Shown here: one piece after another, positions 47,256-57,364 of the stretch
Layout of the letters: each line of letters starts with the position of its first letter
Position numbering within the stretch: the first letter of the stretch is position 1
Source of the DNA: an uncultured Pseudomonadales bacterium
Lineage (GTDB): Bacteria; Patescibacteriota; Microgenomatia; UBA1400; PJMF01
DNA: 64,000 nucleotides
Assembly: GCA_964447075.1 (NCBI GenBank)
Contig: CAYUQY010000002.1
Location: forward strand, 11,317-75,316
Direction: 5' to 3'
Program-made: the position numbers and the translations under genes
The notes under the pieces: model-generated
Seen by the model: the letters and a program-made list of their open reading frames with translations, nothing else
Databases searched by the model: none
What the model was told of the DNA's origin: nothing

Positions 47256-50054
47256 TTAACCTGACTCGCTTCTTACCGCTACGTCACCAGACATAGGGCA
47301 GCTCTCAAAAAGCCTATCTCTGAAGTACTCCATGTACTCGCTACCTGGATCAAACTTGGGGTACTTCAAGTACTCCTTAGGGACATCATAGTGACCTATG
47401 AAGCTCTGGACAGGAATTTTATACTGCAGTCTGACCTGGCACGCATTTTCCACGGCTAGATCTGAAATTTTAAGTAACTCTTGAGTGTGATTCCTCACCG
47501 TAATTTGGGTATATTTACTGTCCTTGCCTTCAGTCGTATTTTGGGCAAAGTGATCACAGATCGCCTCAACATCCTGATTGAAATCAACATAGGCCTGGTC
47601 AGGAATCGAGTCTGGAGCAAGCTTACCAGCCAGAACTTGATTGAAACAGACCCCACTCAGCTCATTATTGAGCGCCACAAAGTTGGAGTTCCTGCCCGTA
47701 CAAGCTGCACGCTCAACTCTATCACTGTAGAACTTCATCAGAGCCCAAACTCCGTCCTTGTCCGTCGCAAGCTGGCATGACGAGCCATTTCCTTCTACAA
47801 CACCTTTTATGGTTGACGCATCTAACCAAGCGCCAGCCCAGTGAACTACGAAGTACTTTGGAACTACGCAGACATCTATGAGTCTTCCGTAACGCACATT
47901 TTCTTTGATCAGATTTATTTTGTCTTCAGCTACAAGACTCTCAGTTATAGAATCGCCGCTACAGTTGATGTAGCTACTTTTTTTAATTTGCTTCAGTAGC
48001 TCATCCTGGTTCAGCTCTATTTGATACTTAGGCTGATACCTGAGTCTAGTGCTTGAAGGTATGTTACTGACCATTGGACTCTCCAGATTATCAGCATCGG
48101 TCGGCTGAGCTTCCAAGCCAGAGTTGACCATTGGTAGTCCTTTTCTGCGACACATCACTAAGATTAGGTCTGAAAGTGAGTTGGCTTGAATTGGAGTCAA
48201 GAAATCGTTGGGCAGAGTGTGACACTCAAAGTTTTGGGTAGCATAAAGTAGAGGCACCAGATCCTGAGTAAACAAATCAGTTACCACTATGAAGTTATTG
48301 ATAGAGCTAAGTAACTTAAAAGTATTCTCATACTGTTTATTGGTCTTACCAGAGCTACGGTACTTTATCTCATCTTGTGAAGTAATATTTTCCAAGACAG
48401 GCTTTCCTTTGAGAGCCCCTAAGAAATTGATAAAATTATTCTCCCCATAACTGGTAGTCAATGAGCCATCTACAGCGTCCCAGAGTACAGTATATTTGTC
48501 AGCAATCTGGTAAACATTGTCATTAAAAAACAACTTCAATCCAGCTGCATACTCAGACAAAAAATAGGATGTACTCTGAGAATTTTTTAAGGATGGATAA
48601 GGTCGCCACGAATAATCAGACTTTAGTGACAGAGCCACACTTATCACACTCATGAGGAAGATAAATCTGGATACATTTTTTTTCGCCAGAAAAGTAATCA
48701 GAATCTTATGGAGAGAAGCTGGGTTATCAAAGATAATCCAAATAAGTACTATAAAATGCAGCGGTGCGATGTATCTGCCGTAACCAGAATAAAGTGACCA
48801 AAAAAAGTATGTTGCTACAACAGTTATGGAAAAGTAGAATCTCGAAGTAAAAATTCCTCGTCGAGATAAAAGGGCAGAACTTGACTGCAGCAAACAGTAA
48901 AGATATGCAAAGCCTGACACCAGAACAAGAAAAATATTGGCATACCAAGAGATATAAATTTCTGTGTAGCGAGAGGTGAACGAGCCAATAATTGGCCAGG
49001 TTATTGCTTCCAGAGCCGAGCGCGGTCCAAAGTCACTTGACTCAGAGTGCCTAAGCTGGTGAACATACCATGACCCTGAGAGTTTATTAAAAATTTGTGA
49101 AGTGCTCTCACCTGAAATATCAAGTTGAACCAGATGCATTTCCTCCAAAGTTACGCGGATAAAGTAAAAACTACTCACTCCAATAAAGATCAGGACTGGA
49201 AGAATAAATTTAAGCCACTGTTTAAACTCTTGGAGCTGTTTTTTTAATGACCAAAAAACAGATAGACAGATAAATAACCAGAACGGGGAAAAAACTACGA
49301 CCGACTGCTTGGTTAAAATTGACATAACTACAAAAATAATAACTAGGGTAGCTGAAGATAAGTTGCTCTTAGTAGGCAGAGATTTAAATTTTAAAAATTG
49401 ATAGAAGGCTTCTAAACAAATCAAAGCGCTCCAAACGTCTGTCATAAAAGTAGCGTGCGTGGCAACGAGTAAGGGAAAGTAAAAGAAGCCAACGAAAGTA
49501 ATAAAGATCAACTTTGGAGATTTCTCTGGCATTAATTCTGTAAATCTACTAGCCAGAGAAACGACCCAGATCGAGAGTAAAAAACCACTTAACAAGAGTG
49601 TAGCTCTAATCCCAATACTTGCCAAAAAAGGAGTGTAGTTTTGATTAAGAGCTGGATATTTATACTGAGCAATTCCGTTAAAGTTACCACTGCTGAAAGG
49701 CGACTGACTATAAAATGCGGCAGGAATGTGAAAAGCCAGATCATCATGAGTAGGATAGTAGAGAGGTGTTCTAATTATAAAAAGGGCAAAACAGACACCA
49801 AAAAGTGCCACCGATAATTTTTTATGGCTAGAAACTAAAGCAAATTCACTTCTCCATCTCAAACCATAAAATAAGACTACGGCAAAAAGTAGAACATGTA
49901 GGCCGACAGAGACCCACCCTTCACCAGACAATGGAATCAGAGCAACAACTGAAAGATAAGCCATGTTTGAGGCTGTGGAGCAGAGAAACAAAAAAGGAAG
50001 TGCTTGAAAAAGTACTGAGAGAAAATAATTTACCCCTTTTTTAGCAAACTTCAT
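47256..50054 (-). CDS. Large membrane protein: N-terminal polytopic GT-C/YfhO-like domain plus ~450-aa extracytoplasmic C-terminal domain
   Basis: The 932-aa product has about 12 N-terminal TM helices followed by a soluble Cys-containing domain. No specific family was recognised. Confidence 0.45.
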   Translation of the reverse strand: MKFAKKGVNYFLSVLFQALPFLFLCSTASNMAYLSVVALIPLSGEGWVSVGLHVLLFAVVLFYGLRWRSEFALVSSHKKLSVALFGVCFALFIIRTPLYYPTHDDLAFHIPAAFYSQSPFSSGNFNGIAQYKYPALNQNYTPFLASIGIRATLLLSGFLLSIWVVSLASRFTELMPEKSPKLIFITFVGFFYFPLLVATHATFMTDVWSALICLEAFYQFLKFKSLPTKSNLSSATLVIIFVVMSILTKQSVVVFSPFWLFICLSVFWSLKKQLQEFKQWLKFILPVLIFIGVSSFYFIRVTLEEMHLVQLDISGESTSQIFNKLSGSWYVHQLRHSESSDFGPRSALEAITWPIIGSFTSRYTEIYISWYANIFLVLVSGFAYLYCLLQSSSALLSRRGIFTSRFYFSITVVATYFFWSLYSGYGRYIAPLHFIVLIWIIFDNPASLHKILITFLAKKNVSRFIFLMSVISVALSLKSDYSWRPYPSLKNSQSTSYFLSEYAAGLKLFFNDNVYQIADKYTVLWDAVDGSLTTSYGENNFINFLGALKGKPVLENITSQDEIKYRSSGKTNKQYENTFKLLSSINNFIVVTDLFTQDLVPLLYATQNFECHTLPNDFLTPIQANSLSDLILVMCRRKGLPMVNSGLEAQPTDADNLESPMVSNIPSSTRLRYQPKYQIELNQDELLKQIKKSSYINCSGDSITESLVAEDKINLIKENVRYGRLIDVCVVPKYFVVHWAGAWLDASTIKGVVEGNGSSCQLATDKDGVWALMKFYSDRVERAACTGRNSNFVALNNELSGVCFNQVLAGKLAPDSIPDQAYVDFNQDVEAICDHFAQNTTEGKDSKYTQITVRNHTQELLKISDLAVENACQVRLQYKIPVQSFIGHYDVPKEYLKYPKFDPGSEYMEYFRDRLFESCPMSGDVAVRSESG

Positions 50055-50136
50055 GACAACTAGTATACGTTGTACCGACAGTTCTGATCCAGTACATCAA
50101 GTTATGACTTAAAGACACATTCCTTAGGCATCTATC

Positions 50137-50281
50137 TGGACAACCACAAAAATATAAGAGTATGAGGTCATGATCCAATCCACTCCTGATATTTTTTATA
50201 TTGACCAAGAAGGTCTAAAGAGCCTAAAGCTGGTAGGTGTTGCTTATTCTCACATCAATCGAGAAGATTTTGCCACTCAAG
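50137..50281. repeat. Direct repeat copy 1 (about 145 bp; 124-bp core identical to 52766-52889)
   Basis: TGGACAA(C/T)CACAAAAATATA...GAGTATGAGGTCATGATCCAATCCACTCCTGATATTTTTTATATTGACCAAGAAGGTCTAAAGAGCCTAAAGCTGGTAGGTGTTGCTTATTCTCACATCAATCGAGAAGATTTTGCCACTCAAG reappears 2.6 kb downstream. Copy 1 carries a relic 53-codon ORF (MIQSTPDIFYIDQEG...). Confidence 0.75.
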
Positions 50282-50828
50282 GCCAAGGCTTGCCAGCCAC
50301 GAGAATTCCCTTAAGCACCGCCTCACCCTGATCATCCACAACAACCCTAGCTGCTGCCTCCTTACGAAAAAAGCTAAAGTTACGTCCCGTTCCTTCGGGA
50401 ATAAAGTACTCTTCAACTCCATATGTTATGTGATAACGTGGAATCGTAAACTGCTGATTGAGTACATCAGTCTGATCCACTATATCTCCGCTTGTTACCA
50501 TGCCTTTAATAAAAATCTGATCCGAACCTATCGGCTTCTTCAACAGAGCGCGCTGGGCAATCCAGTAGTTGCCATTCTTTACTAAAAGAACATAGACAGT
50601 CTCACCATTTTTAATTCTAGCAAAGTCAAAATAGGCTGACTCTAGCTCAGAAATATCATACTGGAACGTGACGTAGTCACCTCGCAATGGACTGTTGGGG
50701 TCAACAGGTGCAATTCTAAGCACTACCTCGGTCCCCCCAGTAAGGATCATGAGTTTAGTAACAATCATGACGGCGATGATCAATAGTTGCAGAGCAACTG
50801 CCAGAGAAAATTTGAGTTGTTTAGTCAT
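50277..50828 (-). CDS. GDYXXLXY-domain protein (membrane-anchored)
   Basis: An N-terminal TM and the motif RGDYVTFQYD (GDYxxLxY-type) are present, over 183 aa. The stop codon lies within 5 nt of the repeat boundary. Confidence 0.55.
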   Translation of the reverse strand: MTKQLKFSLAVALQLLIIAVMIVTKLMILTGGTEVVLRIAPVDPNSPLRGDYVTFQYDISELESAYFDFARIKNGETVYVLLVKNGNYWIAQRALLKKPIGSDQIFIKGMVTSGDIVDQTDVLNQQFTIPRYHITYGVEEYFIPEGTGRNFSFFRKEAAARVVVDDQGEAVLKGILVAGKPWP

Positions 50829-51956
50829 GATTGTGTCTGTATTTGAGCTGGTACTATCGACTCTGCTTTGATGTTAGCCAACATGATTCTCCTACCTTTC
50901 TCCATGAACCAACCTACAACAAAAAGAAGGATGCCGGCGCCAATGAAGAAAAGACTCTTATCCAAGTAAGTAAAGAACCAGTCAAAGTACTTCACTACCA
51001 CTAAGATAAAAAGAAAGACTGTTCCTAAATTTATTAGCCAGCTTTCTCTCCTAAGATAACCTGAGAAAATTAATCCCAGCACTTCAAAAAAAACCGTAAT
51101 ATTAAAAATAACCGACCAGATAATGCCCGCACTCGCCAACTGGTTACCCGCTCCAGATACAGAGTAAAAAGAAGGATTATTTCCTGACTGAACAAAAATT
51201 GTTTGTTGAGGTAAGAAAACCGTCAGACCAAACAAGAATGTAAGGAACACAACTGCAGCAGTCTCAGCTGGTAACATCAATTTTCTACTAAATACGTAAA
51301 AAATCATTCCTAGTAAGGACACCAGTAAGATGGTCATTGATAAAGTAGCTTCCCAGGAACTCAAAAGTGAGCCACCAACTGTTAAGTCTGACAAAATTCC
51401 TAAGCCAGGTTTTGTAGATAACACAAACAATACTCCTGTTACCAACAAGATGCCAAACATCAGGTATACCAAAGAGAAACGCTTCTCTTTTAAGTCTCTT
51501 TCGTGAAAATGTCCAACAACGTAAAATAATAAGGCTAAACATAGTTCCAACTAAAATTGCAGAACTTTTGAGCTCATGACCGCGCGTCCATTGGGATGCC
51601 TGCAGTCCCCACCAACTCACCATACCAATCAAACTAAAAATGAGAGTAGCTAAAGCTCTAAAGTAGTAAGTCGTCACAAATCCTAGTACTGTAGTCAAGA
51701 TAACTATGGTTCTCCAATCGATCGGATCACCCAATAGTCGATCGATGGATAGCATGGTCACACCTAAGAAAAACATTGACAGGAGTAGAAACCACTGGCT
51801 AAGTGCATCTTCTTTTGAAAGAGCCAGCTGTAGATACCAAGATGAGTTTTGAGAAGGGTGAACATTGACGTTTTTTCTTGTTAGAAAGTAGACTATGAGG
51901 GCAGGAATACCTACAGGTGGGAAAGCAATAGCTAGGATAATAATTAGTATCAACAT
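50825..51956 (-). pseudogene. DUF4401-like polytopic membrane protein, disrupted by a frameshift (ORFs 51288-51956 and 50825-51550 overlap by about 260 nt in different frames)
   Basis: Both ORFs are TM-rich. The combined length of about 377 aa matches a single DUF4401-type protein lying between DUF2157 and GDYXXLXY genes. Confidence 0.45.
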
Positions 51957-51962
51957 GATTGT

Positions 51963-52655
51963 TTAGTAGTAGCCTTTTAGATCATCTGGCATGTTCCTGC
52001 GAATACTCCAACCAAAAGTAAAAGTGATGGCTGTTGCAACTATCAAGAGTCCTGTTGATGTCAGAAGGAAGCTGCTTGCGGTAAAACTAGAGATAATATT
52101 GTAAGGATGACCTAAAATAGCTGCTATGCCTAGTGGTATTGCTAAGTAATAGAGGGGATACGACTCCAGAGCATATGCCAGGGCAATGGTGCCCAACATC
52201 CAGAGAATAAAGCCGTCTGGCCAGTTTGCCCTGATGTGAAACATCTGAGCCACTAAGAAGATACCTGCGCCAAAAATTATTGCGCCAAGTAAGATTAATG
52301 CCTCACCAGTTTTGAGTAATTGATACTTTTCTTTTAGGCTCCAACCAAGAGCATACGAGGTAAGCATACTCAGGACAATTATTGAGATCTTGATCGGCTT
52401 ATCCATCACTTGCCAGTTAGAGGCAATGAATGAAAAAATGCCCGCTCCTACCAGCAGAGCGGCAAAGGTCAGAATGATGTTGATCGTTTTTTTCTGAGTA
52501 TCTTCTTTTTGTTGATCTGAAGTTAACGAATTTAAGTTTGCTTGAATTCTGTCAATTTTTATTCCCTGTCCAAGAAGTTCACTATATAGGTCTTCCTTGG
52601 ACTTACCCTGAAGTATCGAGGTTTGAATATATGCTGCTAGCTGCTGATCATTCAT
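51963..52655 (-). CDS. DUF2157-like membrane protein (soluble N-terminal region + 5-6 TM)
   Basis: The 230-aa product has a hydrophilic N-terminus (MNDQQLAAYIQTSILQGKSKEDLYSELL...) followed by TM helices. It is the first gene of a three-gene minus-strand cassette. Confidence 0.5.
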   Translation of the reverse strand: MNDQQLAAYIQTSILQGKSKEDLYSELLGQGIKIDRIQANLNSLTSDQQKEDTQKKTINIILTFAALLVGAGIFSFIASNWQVMDKPIKISIIVLSMLTSYALGWSLKEKYQLLKTGEALILLGAIIFGAGIFLVAQMFHIRANWPDGFILWMLGTIALAYALESYPLYYLAIPLGIAAILGHPYNIISSFTASSFLLTSTGLLIVATAITFTFGWSIRRNMPDDLKGYY

Positions 52656-52742
52656 AGAGTATTTTGTCTCAACTAAGTTTACACTCTTATTTGCATTTTA
52701 ATTCAACTAGAAGTCAACCATTTAGATGGTGCTCGGCCTGAG

Positions 52743-52889
52743 TGGACAATCACAAAAATATATGAGAGTATGAGGTCATGATCCAATCCACTCCTGATAT
52801 TTTTTATATTGACCAAGAAGGTCTAAAGAGCCTAAAGCTGGTAGGTGTTGCTTATTCTCACATCAATCGAGAAGATTTTGCCACTCAAG
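52743..52889. repeat. Direct repeat copy 2 (overlaps promoter and first 37 codons of the Ddl-like gene)
   Basis: It is identical to 50158-50281 over 124 bp. Upstream of that core there are 25 more bp with one mismatch and a 2-nt indel. Confidence 0.75.
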
Positions 52890-53818
52890 CGGCCTACGAT
52901 GGAGAAATAGAGGTAGAGGACAGAGCTGAAGAAGTGATAGCTGAGATAGCCAAGCTTGGTGTCCCTGTCAAAGGTTATGCCGGAGACTCGTACTTCTTCA
53001 CAAATGTCCTAGTGGATAAACCAAATTTGATTCTTAATCTAGTCGACACTGTGCGTGGTCGTGATGCCCTCCAACCAGCTATTCCTGGAGCCCTAGAGCT
53101 CTCCAATGTTCAGTACACTGGAGCCGGCATGAGTGGCTTGGTGATAGGTAACAATCGCCACATGTTCAAGCAGCTCTTGATAGCCCATGACATCCCAACT
53201 CCTCAATACAAGTTTATTCGTGACTTGCGTTCAAAGATTCCAGAGTCTCTGGGTCTTCCATTAATTGTCAAACTCAATGAAAGTGGTGGTAGCGTAGGCA
53301 TAGACAACAAAGCTGTCAAAGAAACTCTAGAAGCAGCGACTAAAAAAGTTGAAAGCATGATCGATGCTTATAAAATTCCTGTCATTGTCGAAAAATTTAT
53401 CAACGGTCCAGAAATCACAGCAGTGATTTACGATGATAGTCGTCGCAAGCACATCTTTTTAGGTCAGAAAATCTTCAGACTCCAACCTGATGGAAAGCAT
53501 GACTTCACCAGTCTTGAGAGCTATGAGGATATCAAAGCTTATAAGTACAAAGTTCCAGACCAAGCTATTATCGATAAAATTAATCCTTTAGTAGCAAGAG
53601 CCTTCGACACTCTCGGCTGTCGTGACTACGCCAAGTTTGACATCAGATGGGAAGAATCTACTTCTACTCCCTACTTTATAGACTGTAACCCAAACACAGC
53701 TCTAGGACCAGACAAAGGCCTGCCAATGACTGAGGTCTTGATGCTTCACGGTATTGACTTCACCACCCTCCTCAAGAGTCTCTTGAGCAAACACGCTCGC
53801 ACACTGCAGAGGCAGTAG
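52778..53818 (+). CDS. D-alanine--D-alanine-ligase-family ATP-grasp protein
   Basis: The N-terminal domain (LVGVAYSH...), a central ATP-grasp region (IPTPQYKFIRDL...GLPLIVKLNESGGSVGI) and the C-terminal FDIRWEE...PYFIDCNPNTALGP (Ddl-like R-D-x-E-N-P pattern) are present. Confidence 0.55.
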   Translation: MIQSTPDIFYIDQEGLKSLKLVGVAYSHINREDFATQAAYDGEIEVEDRAEEVIAEIAKLGVPVKGYAGDSYFFTNVLVDKPNLILNLVDTVRGRDALQPAIPGALELSNVQYTGAGMSGLVIGNNRHMFKQLLIAHDIPTPQYKFIRDLRSKIPESLGLPLIVKLNESGGSVGIDNKAVKETLEAATKKVESMIDAYKIPVIVEKFINGPEITAVIYDDSRRKHIFLGQKIFRLQPDGKHDFTSLESYEDIKAYKYKVPDQAIIDKINPLVARAFDTLGCRDYAKFDIRWEESTSTPYFIDCNPNTALGPDKGLPMTEVLMLHGIDFTTLLKSLLSKHARTLQRQ

Positions 53819-53882
53819 GGCTAGACTCTGGCTATATTTTCCGGGGAGTGATTGAGAGATAGCCAGCCCACCATGCGTGTAA

Positions 53883-55652
53883 CTACTTGCAGACACTTTT
53901 TGCATACTCTATATACTTAGCCACAAGCTCTGAGTTTTCCTTAATGAGCTGATAAGCCTGCCACTCTCTAAAGTTAAACTGAGTGATGTCGGTAAGCGGG
54001 GCGCCACCTTTTTCTAAGGCTTGGTATTTACTGCTCAACCTCTGCAACTTATATTCAAGATAGCTCGACTGCCTTTTTAAAATTATTTTATCGACAGGGG
54101 GACCGTAAGGTGGGTAATCCGTGATGTCTTCAGTGTAAGCGACGCAAATTGGCAGATAGTTACTACCGAAGGAATCAACACCAGCCGAGGAGAAGTACCC
54201 CCAATAATAATTCCTATCTGGCTTAGCAATTTTAGTAGTCATCGCTTCTCCCATGTGTGACTCCCAAAACCCAAGATTATCGTAGGAATTGCCCACGATA
54301 TAAGCAAAGTCTTTTTGGAGAGACTGGTCGACAAAGTACTTGGGAGCGCCCAGCTGACTAACAAGCATGTCAGTAGGGAAGATATTCAAACACAGAATAA
54401 AGATAGAAAAACTTAGTACTTGCGAACGAAAAATGACTTTTGCAGTGATCTTTTGATAAATTTGAAAGATGGTAGAAATAAAAGTCAGCAAAATGATCAA
54501 AGTTAAACCAGTAGCTAATATGCGCTGATCCTTAAGCCCAAAAGTAGACTGAAGCACATAGAGCTTGTGAGCCATAAAGACGCTGACGGCGACCAGCTGA
54601 AGGCTAAAAACGGTTAAAATTTGTTTTATACTTCTGGATTGTTCATCACAAATCGCTATTCTTCTAAGAATAAACTGAATCAAGCAGTAGCCTAAAAATG
54701 AAACCACGATTAGCTCAAGAAAACCTTTCTGTACATATTGAGATATAACCGTGAAAGTCAGCTTGGCAATATCCTGGAAAAGTAACTTAGCTTGAAAACT
54801 AGAGAAGATAAAAAACAATGAAGCAACACCAAAAATGATAATCTTGAAGGTCACTAACTTCCATTGGTTCTCGAACTCTTCATCTTGATCGTGAGATCTA
54901 GAAAGCGTCAAAAATACAAAGAATAGATAACCTTGGACCAGACCTTGAAGCAAAATTCTAAATATGTCGATCTCAAAAATGAAACTTATGATCTTTTGAA
55001 TCCAGTAAAAGATATCTGAAGTAAACTTGACATACTCTTGATTAATACCTAAGAAAAGTACATGAAATATCAGCATTACGGGTATAGATAAAAGTAACCC
55101 TGAGGCGACTGACATTCTCAGAGTAAAGTTAATGTTCTTAGCCTTAAACCTCATGTAACTACTCAAACTTGTCAGAGAAAGAATGTTCAAGATGTAGTAC
55201 TTGGAGTAACGTAACGAACTACCAACAAGCTCCGAGAGTGAGTCTTGAGACCTACCCTCAAAAATATATATAGATAAGATAAGTGTAATCACCCAAACTA
55301 CCTTCGAAGTTACATCCAGCATGAGTGAGTTGGTTGTGACAGATAAAAATACCGATAAGAAAGCACCAAGACCCATCAATAATTTATGATATTTTTCAAA
55401 AGGCAGATTACGACTGCGGCCCATCAAGAAAATTAAGCTAAAAATAGTCAAGTGAAAAAGAGTAGCCTGAAGATTGCTTCCTATTTTAAAAAAACCAATA
55501 AAAACTACATAAAGTATACCTATGATAAAACTCAAGCTCTTGGTGCTCAAGTAAAAGCGCGCGAGACAGTTATCAAGACTAAAACTAGCCATCAGCTTTT
55601 CATTTGGTGGGGCAGTGTTTTCTAAACTAGGTGAGTGAACTGCTTGTTTCAT
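53883..55652 (-). CDS. Polytopic membrane protein with C-terminal soluble domain (unknown family)
   Basis: The 589-aa product has at least 12 TM helices and a ~170-aa C-terminal extracytoplasmic region. Confidence 0.4.
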   Translation of the reverse strand: MKQAVHSPSLENTAPPNEKLMASFSLDNCLARFYLSTKSLSFIIGILYVVFIGFFKIGSNLQATLFHLTIFSLIFLMGRSRNLPFEKYHKLLMGLGAFLSVFLSVTTNSLMLDVTSKVVWVITLILSIYIFEGRSQDSLSELVGSSLRYSKYYILNILSLTSLSSYMRFKAKNINFTLRMSVASGLLLSIPVMLIFHVLFLGINQEYVKFTSDIFYWIQKIISFIFEIDIFRILLQGLVQGYLFFVFLTLSRSHDQDEEFENQWKLVTFKIIIFGVASLFFIFSSFQAKLLFQDIAKLTFTVISQYVQKGFLELIVVSFLGYCLIQFILRRIAICDEQSRSIKQILTVFSLQLVAVSVFMAHKLYVLQSTFGLKDQRILATGLTLIILLTFISTIFQIYQKITAKVIFRSQVLSFSIFILCLNIFPTDMLVSQLGAPKYFVDQSLQKDFAYIVGNSYDNLGFWESHMGEAMTTKIAKPDRNYYWGYFSSAGVDSFGSNYLPICVAYTEDITDYPPYGPPVDKIILKRQSSYLEYKLQRLSSKYQALEKGGAPLTDITQFNFREWQAYQLIKENSELVAKYIEYAKSVCK

Positions 55653-55654
55653 AT

Positions 55655-56380
55655 CTACTTTCCAAATCTTCTGTGACGAGCTGCAAACTCTTTTAGTACT
55701 TCATCTAATCTGTCTGGTGTAAAATCTGGAAAACCAAACTTAGGAAAAGCAAACTCGCTGTAAGCAGACTGCCAGCTCATGAAGCCAGACAGCCTCATCT
55801 GACCACTGGTGCGAACAATCAAATCTGGATCAGGTATACCTTTAGTATCTAAGTTAGACTCAATCTCAGCTGCTGTGACTTCCTGTCCAGCTAACTTACT
55901 TGAGAGCAACTTATTAACTGCTCTGAGTAGTTCGTCATGTCCGCCATAGTTCACGGCTATAACCACTATTAGTCCAGTGTTGTCTTTAGTTAGTTCGAGA
56001 CCTTCTTTAATTTTTTCCTGAATGTCAGTCGCCAGTCTGCTCGGATCACCAATCATAATCACACGAATATTCTTTTCGTGTAGTCTCTGAACTTGTGAAT
56101 CAAAAAACTCTCTAAATAAATCCATTAAGTAACCTACCTCCTTCTTATCGCGCTTCCAGTTCTCGGTACTAAAGACCCAGAATGTTAAGTACTTAATGCC
56201 TCGCAAGGCAGCTCTATCCACAAGTGGCTCAATCACTTTTTGGGTAGCTTGTCTGTGACCAAGAAAAGCCTCCAAACCATGAGCTCGAGCCCATGTTCTA
56301 TTGCCATCACAGATAATCGCGACGTGACTAGGTCCCTTAAGATCTGAATTTGATAGTTTTGAATCAGAATTAATTTTCAT
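55655..56380 (-). CDS. uppS: Undecaprenyl-diphosphate synthase (cis-prenyltransferase)
   Basis: HVAIICDGNRTWA, LTFWVFSTENWKR, IGD and the RTSGQMRLSGFMSWQSAYSEF tail are present. Confidence 0.9.
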   Translation of the reverse strand: MKINSDSKLSNSDLKGPSHVAIICDGNRTWARAHGLEAFLGHRQATQKVIEPLVDRAALRGIKYLTFWVFSTENWKRDKKEVGYLMDLFREFFDSQVQRLHEKNIRVIMIGDPSRLATDIQEKIKEGLELTKDNTGLIVVIAVNYGGHDELLRAVNKLLSSKLAGQEVTAAEIESNLDTKGIPDPDLIVRTSGQMRLSGFMSWQSAYSEFAFPKFGFPDFTPDRLDEVLKEFAARHRRFGK

Positions 56381-56434
56381 AACTTCACAGCCCTTTATAT
56401 ATTTACCAATTTAATCTCAATCTACTTACTGCTT

Positions 56435-57250
56435 TCACTCACAACTTGTCATAAGTGTGCCCAACCAGTTGTGCCCTGATAGAGCATGCAGCAAATTATC
56501 TTTTTTCAAACCAGAAAGAATTGCTACATCAATACCTTTCTTGACCACGATCATCGCTTCTTCTATCTTGTGACCCATACCACCAGTGACATCAAAACCA
56601 GTAGTTTCAGTGATCATTTTGGACACCTTCGTAAAATTTGCAGGAGAAATTTTTGACACTACCTGTCCTGATTTATCTAGGACTCCATCAACCTCTGTGA
56701 CATGGATTATTTTGACAACTTCATACTTTTCATCATAACTGAGCTGCTCCACAATCCTACCTAATATTTTCTCTGCCGACCAAATAGTGCAACCTTGAGC
56801 GCTATCGACTATCACGTCACCACAAGTCACTGGAAGTAAGCCTTGGTTAAGATACTCTTTCAAAACTTCTCCCGACCAGGTCTGACTCTTGGATCCGGCA
56901 GTTACTAATACGCTACTAGCGGCAAAGCTAACCGCTGGCAAAGACGCTTTGATAAACTCAGAAACTACGATTCTATTTAGTTGTGCTGCGCTATCTTGAG
57001 TTATAGCCATACCTAGCCGACTATCGGGATCTTGAAAACCTGCGATGGTGCAATACTTTGTAGCTGGTACATGAGCAAAACTCCCCTGGCCATGACTGAT
57101 GATCAAATGCAAATCTTGATCTTTGAGACTACTCGAAATTTCTCCAACTAAGCGCTTAAGCACCTCTAGTCGGAGTACGCCAGGTGCACTTTTATCTGTA
57201 ATAACTGATCCACCAAGCTTAATTAGTGTTATAGGTACTTTATTTATCAT
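56435..57250 (-). CDS. Isopentenyl phosphate kinase (amino-acid-kinase fold)
   Basis: The N-terminal LIKLGGSVITDK, ISHGQGSFAH (the His-containing lid typical of IPK) and a C-terminal GGMGHKIEEA are present, over 271 aa. The gene is adjacent to uppS. Confidence 0.6.
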   Translation of the reverse strand: MINKVPITLIKLGGSVITDKSAPGVLRLEVLKRLVGEISSSLKDQDLHLIISHGQGSFAHVPATKYCTIAGFQDPDSRLGMAITQDSAAQLNRIVVSEFIKASLPAVSFAASSVLVTAGSKSQTWSGEVLKEYLNQGLLPVTCGDVIVDSAQGCTIWSAEKILGRIVEQLSYDEKYEVVKIIHVTEVDGVLDKSGQVVSKISPANFTKVSKMITETTGFDVTGGMGHKIEEAMIVVKKGIDVAILSGLKKDNLLHALSGHNWLGTLMTSCE

Positions 57251-57364
57251 AATTGTTTACATGGACCAAGACAAAATGACTAATATGTATCTGCTCTAGT
57301 AAATTAGTCGCAAAAACAGCCTCAAATCACGCAAAAGTGCCCAACTCCATCTTAAAATTGAAAA

